In this document: positions 55,396 through 64,000 of the stretch, in pieces
Layout of the letters: the number at the start of each line of letters is the position of its first letter
Numbering within the stretch: the stretch's first letter is position 1
Translations under genes and position numbers: made by a program
Source of the DNA: Eledone cirrhosa
Taxonomy: Eukaryota
Reading direction: 5' to 3'
Assembly (NCBI GenBank): GCA_964016885.1
Contig: OZ024746.1
Location: 90,830,001 to 90,894,000 of the forward strand
Length of the DNA: 64,000 nucleotides
Notes under the pieces: generated by a model
What the model saw: the letters and a program-made list of their open reading frames with translations, nothing else
What the model was told of the DNA's origin: nothing
Databases searched by the model: none

Positions 55396-55799
55396 CAGCT
55401 AACTACCTCACGTGCACATAGTAGCACTATCGCTCTCGCCCACCATGTTCTGTTTTGTTGGCACCACCTCCACCCCCACCCTCTCACACATTGTTCTGTC
55501 ATCACCACCCTCTCCTCCCACTCTTTCGACTTGACCACTTCCGGTTGCGCATGCCAAACTGCGATTTCACTTCCTCATCGCCATTTTTCTCTTGCTCGAA
55601 CTTAGACTTGATATCCGCCCGCTGTAACCCCAGATTTTTACCATTCACACACACACCAACATGCAGAAACTTAGACACACACAGATCCTTGCACCATTCC
55701 CGCACACACGCAACTATGCACCTTATGCACGAACCCACATCACCTACAGATATACCACGCAACCCCTTCTTTTAACCACACATACACCCACACTTCACA

Positions 55800-57075
55800 A
55801 CATCAACTAGGTAGATATGTATGCATGCATATGTGTGTGCAGGTATGGATGTTATCGTATGTGTGGATATGTATGTTTTGTGTTATGTGTGGATGTGTAT
55901 ATGCTTTGTATCTGTACAAGTGTGTATGCAGTTACTAGATGCGGAATTTTCGGAATGTTTTACATATTTTTACTGTTCTATTAACGGATTATACTTGTAA
56001 TTTCCTAACTAGCTGTGTTATTTCTGTTTCTCTGAAGTCCAGCTTCTCAAGATTTGTATTGAGGCAGTTACTAACATACCCCAGTGCCCCAATAATCACA
56101 TGCATAAATCTGAAGGTGTAATCAGGGTGGAGTATCTGCAGATTTCTCATTATTTCTGCATAAATATTCTCTTTTTCGCTAATTTTTGATATTATATTGG
56201 CATCTGCTGGGCAGCTAACTTCCACTACTGTGCATGCTTTTTTCTCCCTGTCCCATATCATTATAGCTGGTCTGTTATGCCTACATTTTATTGGGGGTTT
56301 TACTGGAACATTCTACCAGTACTTTTTTCATATTATGTGTATGTATGTCTTCCACATTGCTGTAGCTTTTAATGTGTTTATTATCGGGGCTATCTTTTCT
56401 ACGGATTGCATTGTACAGCGTTTTGGTCACTACATCATGCCTCATAGGTAAATGGCACCGCGCTGACATCTTTGGGCAGCTGCTTATGACATGGGCGACA
56501 TCTTCGATGTTAATTCTGCAGAGTATGCACTTGTTATCACATCTAGGTGTTTTGCCTGCATCCCTATCTCTTTTGTGAATCAGGTATTTCGTGATGATTT
56601 CCTGTTCTTGGATTGCAAAAGCGTATCCTTCAAAGTGGGAGCCTATATAGCGGTTGTTGGTCCAAGATAGACTACTTTCCTTATCTATATTACTCTCACT
56701 CTGGAGCTTCCTGGCAACATATCCATGCATGATTTTTTGCTGATAAGCATGTATTTTTCATCCATGGATTCGCTGCGGTACTGCTGAGCGACTTCCCTGG
56801 GTGTAAGTTTTCGATTATCATGCAGGGAATATCTTTCAAGGAGTTCCTTCCAAACTCTCATGATCTTATCTGTCTCGTGCAGATAGACTTGCTCGAGAGA
56901 CGGGCTTCTGCGCTTCGAGATTCGTAAATGTTGTCGAAGGGATATGATGCGACATTCAAATGCTGTCTGGACTGATGTTAGGCCTCTGCCTCCCTGCCTA
57001 CGTTTCAAGTAGAGGCGGTCTATGTCACTGTTGATGTGGAACTCTGCGGCGTTGTTTAGTATTTTTCGAGTCCTA
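55800..57075 (-). mobile_element. R4/Dong-clade RLE LINE 3' part
   Basis: GGRGL, MHG, QEQEI, C.LC..EDVAHVISSC, RHD, VVEVSCP, K...Y, IIGALG. Confidence 0.9.
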
Positions 57076-58136
57076 AATTCAAATATGTATGTATGTATGT
57101 ATTATATTTTGTGTCGGGTCACTCTTGAGTGCTACTGGTAACATGTAACCCAGTACAACCTGTCGCATGGTCGGGGCGTCGGTGACTAAACCGGCAACCT
57201 AACCAAGTTTACTTGGTGGGGAGGGTGATTTTGGACACCTGCAGGACAAAAAACAAAACTTGACCAAGGGCGGAGGAACTCATAAGTGTCAACGGCCATC
57301 CAAAAATGTATAAATATGTATATATAGGAAAATGTTCAAGACCCCGACGGCAGAGCTCGTGTATGTATGCATGCATGTATATATGTATGTATGCATGTAT
57401 GTATGTATGTATGTATGCATGTATGTATCTCTGTATGTTTGTATATATGTATATGTATGTATGCATGTTTGTATATATGTATGTATATTTGGGAACGACG
57501 TGAATTATATGCGTATATGTATGTTTATATGTACTTGAACACATGTGTTAAGGGAAAGACCCAATAAATAATGAAATAAACACAGAATAAAAATATAAAA
57601 AACAACATTCAGTCAGTCATTTCTAAGTATTTATCAATAGTTTCTTTATAATTGGCCAGGTCCTCTCCGATTGTCTCATTACAATGGCGTCATTGATGGT
57701 TACTACCAACGCCATTGGCACAGGAGAGGATACCGTCCCTTAAATATCCAGTTACTTCAGCAGTTCCTCTTTATCTGCTGACATATATCTTTACACCTCC
57801 GTCTTATTAACTCGACATTTATCCCCAAGGATTCACCGACCCTTTACTTTTCAACGATTTCCTCCCACTCAACACAAATCTAATACTCAACAATTTTGAT
57901 GATTTTACCGCTAGTCCTGTATTTTTTATATTTTTTCTCCTTCTTTATCTTCCACCCTTCCTTCATTACATCCTCCTTCCGCCCCATCTTACTTCCTTTT
58001 TCTTTCCTTCTTTCTTTCTTTCTGTCTTTCATTCTTTCTTTCTGTCTTTCTTTCTTTCTTTATTTCTTTCTTTATTTCTTTATATCTTTCTGTCTTTCTT
58101 TCTGTCTTTCTTTTTTTATATATTTCTGTCTTTCTT

Positions 58137-58198
<62 letters not shown>

Positions 58199-58304
58199 AT
58201 TCTTTCTCTCTTCTTCTTCATTACATCAGTCATAGGATCCAGCTTTCCAGACTTTATTAGGCGCCAATTTCCCCATTGAAAATCTCTCTCTCTCTCTCTC
58301 TCTC

Positions 58305-60780
<2,476 letters not shown>

Positions 60781-61535
60781 CAGATGTTAGGCCTCTGCCT
60801 CCCTGCTTACGTTTCAAGTAAAGGCGGTCTATGTCACTGTTGATGTGGAAGTTTCCAGTGTTGATTAGTATTTTTCGAGTTCCAACATCAACTGCTCGGA
60901 TTTCATCTATCGTCCAATTGAGTATTCCAAACGTTGGTGTTAGGACAGGCACAGCAAACACATTGTGAGCCACTGTTTTGTTTTGCGCAGAGAGTTCGGA
61001 TGACCAAATATTTCTTAATCTGGTGTAGTATTCCGTGGTTACGCGTTCTTTATTACAGATACCATTATAGGATATGTTCTCATCTATCTCCAGGTATCTG
61101 TAACAGTCATCATCAGATGTCGGTGAAACAGTTAGGCCATTGATGACAATGTTGTTGTTTTTCCCCGCTTTACAGTCATGTATGAGCATTTATCTTGGCC
61201 AAACTCCATTCCTATATCCTTTGAGAACGTTGTAACCAGGTCAATATGTTTCTTCATCCCATCCATGTTCTTGGCATAGAGTTTCAGATCATCCACAAAG
61301 AAATTATGGGTTAGGTTCGTATTTCTGTCCTTCTGTGAGCCAATGATGTATCCTTCACATTTCTTGAGCAGAAAGAACAAAGGGTTTAATGACAGGATGA
61401 ATAATATCACAGAGAGACTGCCCCCCTGAAATATACCTTTCGATATTTTATTTTATCAGTGAAAATAGAGTCCTCTCTCTCTGTCTTTAACCTTAGCATA
61501 GTAGCCCGAGAAGAAGACAGCTTCTCTATGGTTCT
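60781..61535 (-). mobile_element. R4/Dong-clade LINE RT fragment
   Basis: [50 protein letters not shown]. Confidence 0.9.
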
Positions 61536-61554
61536 CATAATAATGATTTTTAGT

Positions 61555-61720
61555 ATAGGCACAAGGCCAGTAATTTACTGGTACTTTATTTTATCGACGC
61601 CGTAAGGATGAACGGCAAAGTTAACCTCGGCGGGATTTGAACTCAGACCGTAAAGGGTCGTAACTCTAAGCTGAAAAGCATTGTATCCGACACTCTACCA
61701 ATACTGCCAATCCACCGCCC
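61555..61720 (-). mobile_element. tRNA-derived SINE
   Basis: Family motifs on the minus strand. Confidence 0.85.
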
Positions 61721-62039
61721 TTTGTTTGCATGTAAGGAGCATTGTCACATATCTTATGGTCAGCAATCTTTTTTCTATTTTAGTTATATATGATGGTATT
61801 TTTGGTGGTGTTTTGTTCTTGTTAATATCTCTGCTATCACCAAGATAATGCTTCACTGTCGTTGCTAAGGCATATAAACAGGCGTTGATTTGCCAAAATG
61901 TTGGGGTTTTTATCCGTCGTAAATATTCATCCCCTATTTCGTCAATAACACGTAATATTTCATTACTTGTTTTTTTTTAAATTAAATATTGTTGTTTTAA
62001 TACGTTCAGCAAGAGAGATATTTATAGCTGAGTTAATTT

Positions 62040-62790
62040 CTCTCTGGAAGGTTTCGTTGAGCAGCTTTGCCAGTTCGGGATAAACTCTACAGGCATGGAA
62101 GTGCCGTCAGCCGGGCCTGTCCGAGATGCGCGCAGGGCGACGAAACCGTCCTATACGCACTCGTCCAGTGTCCGAGCATTGCTGACTTGTGGGTTTATAT
62201 CGAACACCTGCTGTCGCGTGTAGGACGGATCCAGCTATCAGCTGAGTCCGTCGTGAGGATTGCCCCGCCCTCTTCCTTTAGCCGGGAAGGGCAGGCAGTT
62301 TTTATCTGTCTGGTGGCCATGGCGAAAGAGATAGTATGGTGGACACGTTTGAAAGGGCTGAAGACGAACACTTACCTCTTCGGTGATGCCCTGATTAACG
62401 TTTTCAAATTTCATTTGAAAAGGAAAATCAGGGTAGAGAGGGAAGTGCTCTCTTCCCAGCATTTTGTTGAAAGATGGGTGAGAGAGGCAAGAATGGCCCG
62501 AGTGAATGGGCCTACTCTGAGTATGTGTCTGTAAATTAAAGGTGGAAAACTGGGAGAGGGCACTTGCCCTGGTGGTCAGGGTCACTGTGGCCTTTTAATG
62601 GGCTTTCTCCACAAATGTCCCTCGGAAGTCTCCCCCCCCCCTATTGGTGAATTTTTCATTGTTATTTTTGTGTTACATCCTCTGTTTTTGTTTTTTTATA
62701 CGCAGAAATGCCCATTTGTACCGTCCTGTATTGTCCTGTACTGTCCTTAATGTCTACTTTATGTAAACCCTTGTGGGTAATAAAGAAAGC
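62040..62790 (+). mobile_element. L1/Tx1-like LINE 3' end
   Basis: LPVRDKLYRHG..CPRC..ETVLYAL.QC zinc-knuckle region, W..R motif, 3' UTR ending aataaagaaa plus (ATT)n. Confidence 0.8.
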
Positions 62791-62814
62791 ATTATTATTA
62801 TTATTATTATTATT

Positions 62815-63120
62815 GACTTTGCCTTTCATCCTTACGGGGTTGATAAAATAAAGTACCAGTAATGCACTGGGTAATTGCTGGCCTTGTGCCTAAAGTAGAA
62901 ACAATTATTATTTGCAGCACAGTTACGTCCCTTTACGAACTGAGTTCAAGATAAAATAAAGTACCAGTAATGTACTGGATAATTGCTGGCCTTGTGCCAA
63001 AAGTAGAAACAATTATTATTAATACGGGGTCGATAAAATAAAGTACCAGTAATGTACTGAATAATTGCTGGCCTTGTGCCAAAAGTAGAAACAATTATTA
63101 TTATTATTATTATTATTGTT
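62815..63120 (+). mobile_element. Three tandem SINE 3' segments
   Basis: gataaaataaagtaccagtaatg..ggccttgtgcc.aaagtagaaacaattatta three times. Confidence 0.85.
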
Positions 63121-63124
63121 GTTA

Positions 63125-63640
63125 TTCCTTGAATCTCAGTCATTGATGTTAGTGAACTGGAAAGTTTGTTGAAATGAATATCAAGCCACTACCTGCAGCC
63201 TCAGATATTCAGGACGTATCGGAGGGTTCTTGCTGTTCCCAGCAAGCATGCCTTTTGAAGTGTTCCAAAAAGCGGGGCGGGGCCAATTTTCTTTAACCAA
63301 CCCTGGAAACTCCTTGAAATAGTACCTAGTGCGCCTATGACAATCGGGACCACTTTGACTTCATGGCAGTTCCAAATCCTTTTTACCTCCCACTTTAAGT
63401 CCTGGTATCGGTTAATTTTCTCCCTCTCCTTCTCTTGCACTCTCGTGTCGAATGGGCAGGCCACATCCACAATCAGGCACGATCTTTTTTCCTTGTCCAA
63501 AACCACCAGGTCAGGCCTATTGTGTTCCAGTTTCTTGTCCGTCTGTATCCTAAAATCCCACAGCACCTTCACCTGATCGTTTTCTATCACCGACTCTGGC
63601 TTATGCTCATACAACTTCTCAGAATGTGGTAAATGAAACA
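63125..63640 (-). mobile_element. Dong/R4-clade LINE 3' end with an uninterrupted RLE endonuclease frame
   Basis: LWDFRIQTD..HNRPDLVV..IVDVACP..EKINRYQDL..PIVIGALG; flanked by (TAA)n on both sides. Confidence 0.93.
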
Positions 63641-63677
63641 ATTATTATTAATATTATTATTATTATTATTATTATTG

Positions 63678-63897
63678 TGGTGGTGGATTTGCAGAATCCG
63701 TAGAGCGTCGGACAATATGCTTAGCGACATAGAGTTATGGCCCTTTACGTTCCGAGTGCAAATCCCGCCGAGGTTAGCTTTGCTTTTCATCTTTACGGGC
63801 TCGATAATATAAAGTACCAGTAATACATTGCGGTCGGTGTAATCGACTTCCCGTCCCCTTCAAATTGCTGGCCTTGTGCCTAAAGTAGAAACCATTG

Positions 63898-63900
<3 letters not shown>
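63678..63900 (+). mobile_element. tRNA-derived SINE
   Basis: Family motifs. Confidence 0.85.
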
Positions 63901-63979
<79 letters not shown>

Positions 63980-64000
63980 ATATATATGGGGGCGTGAGAA

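Overview
AT-rich, repeat-dense eukaryotic (animal) DNA, most consistent with an octopod cephalopod. This is inferred from tRNA-head SINEs with Meta/MESC-like and CORE-like domains and from very long (TA)n/(CA)n tracts; it was not confirmed by a database search. No intact host protein-coding gene is recognisable, and nearly all long ORFs in the track are microsatellite artefacts. The window holds decayed retroelements: two Penelope-like elements (RT+GIY-YIG), several RTE LINEs, R4/Dong-type and CRE-type RLE LINEs and an L1/Tx1 3' end. It also holds about 20 SINE copies, non-autonomous Helitrons, hAT MITEs with 8-bp TSDs and several minisatellites. The most striking unexplained structure is a set of at least 7 near-canonical type-I hammerhead ribozyme folds, plus eroded ones, in short (TA)n-embedded Penelope-type terminal-repeat elements. 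Many of these are fold-back palindromes whose turn-around point lies at or inside the ribozyme. Also notable are a 34-bp tandem array bracketed by a perfect inverted duplication, a SINE insertion that captured DNA from 8 kb away, and several candidate promoters, first exons and a micro-exon.
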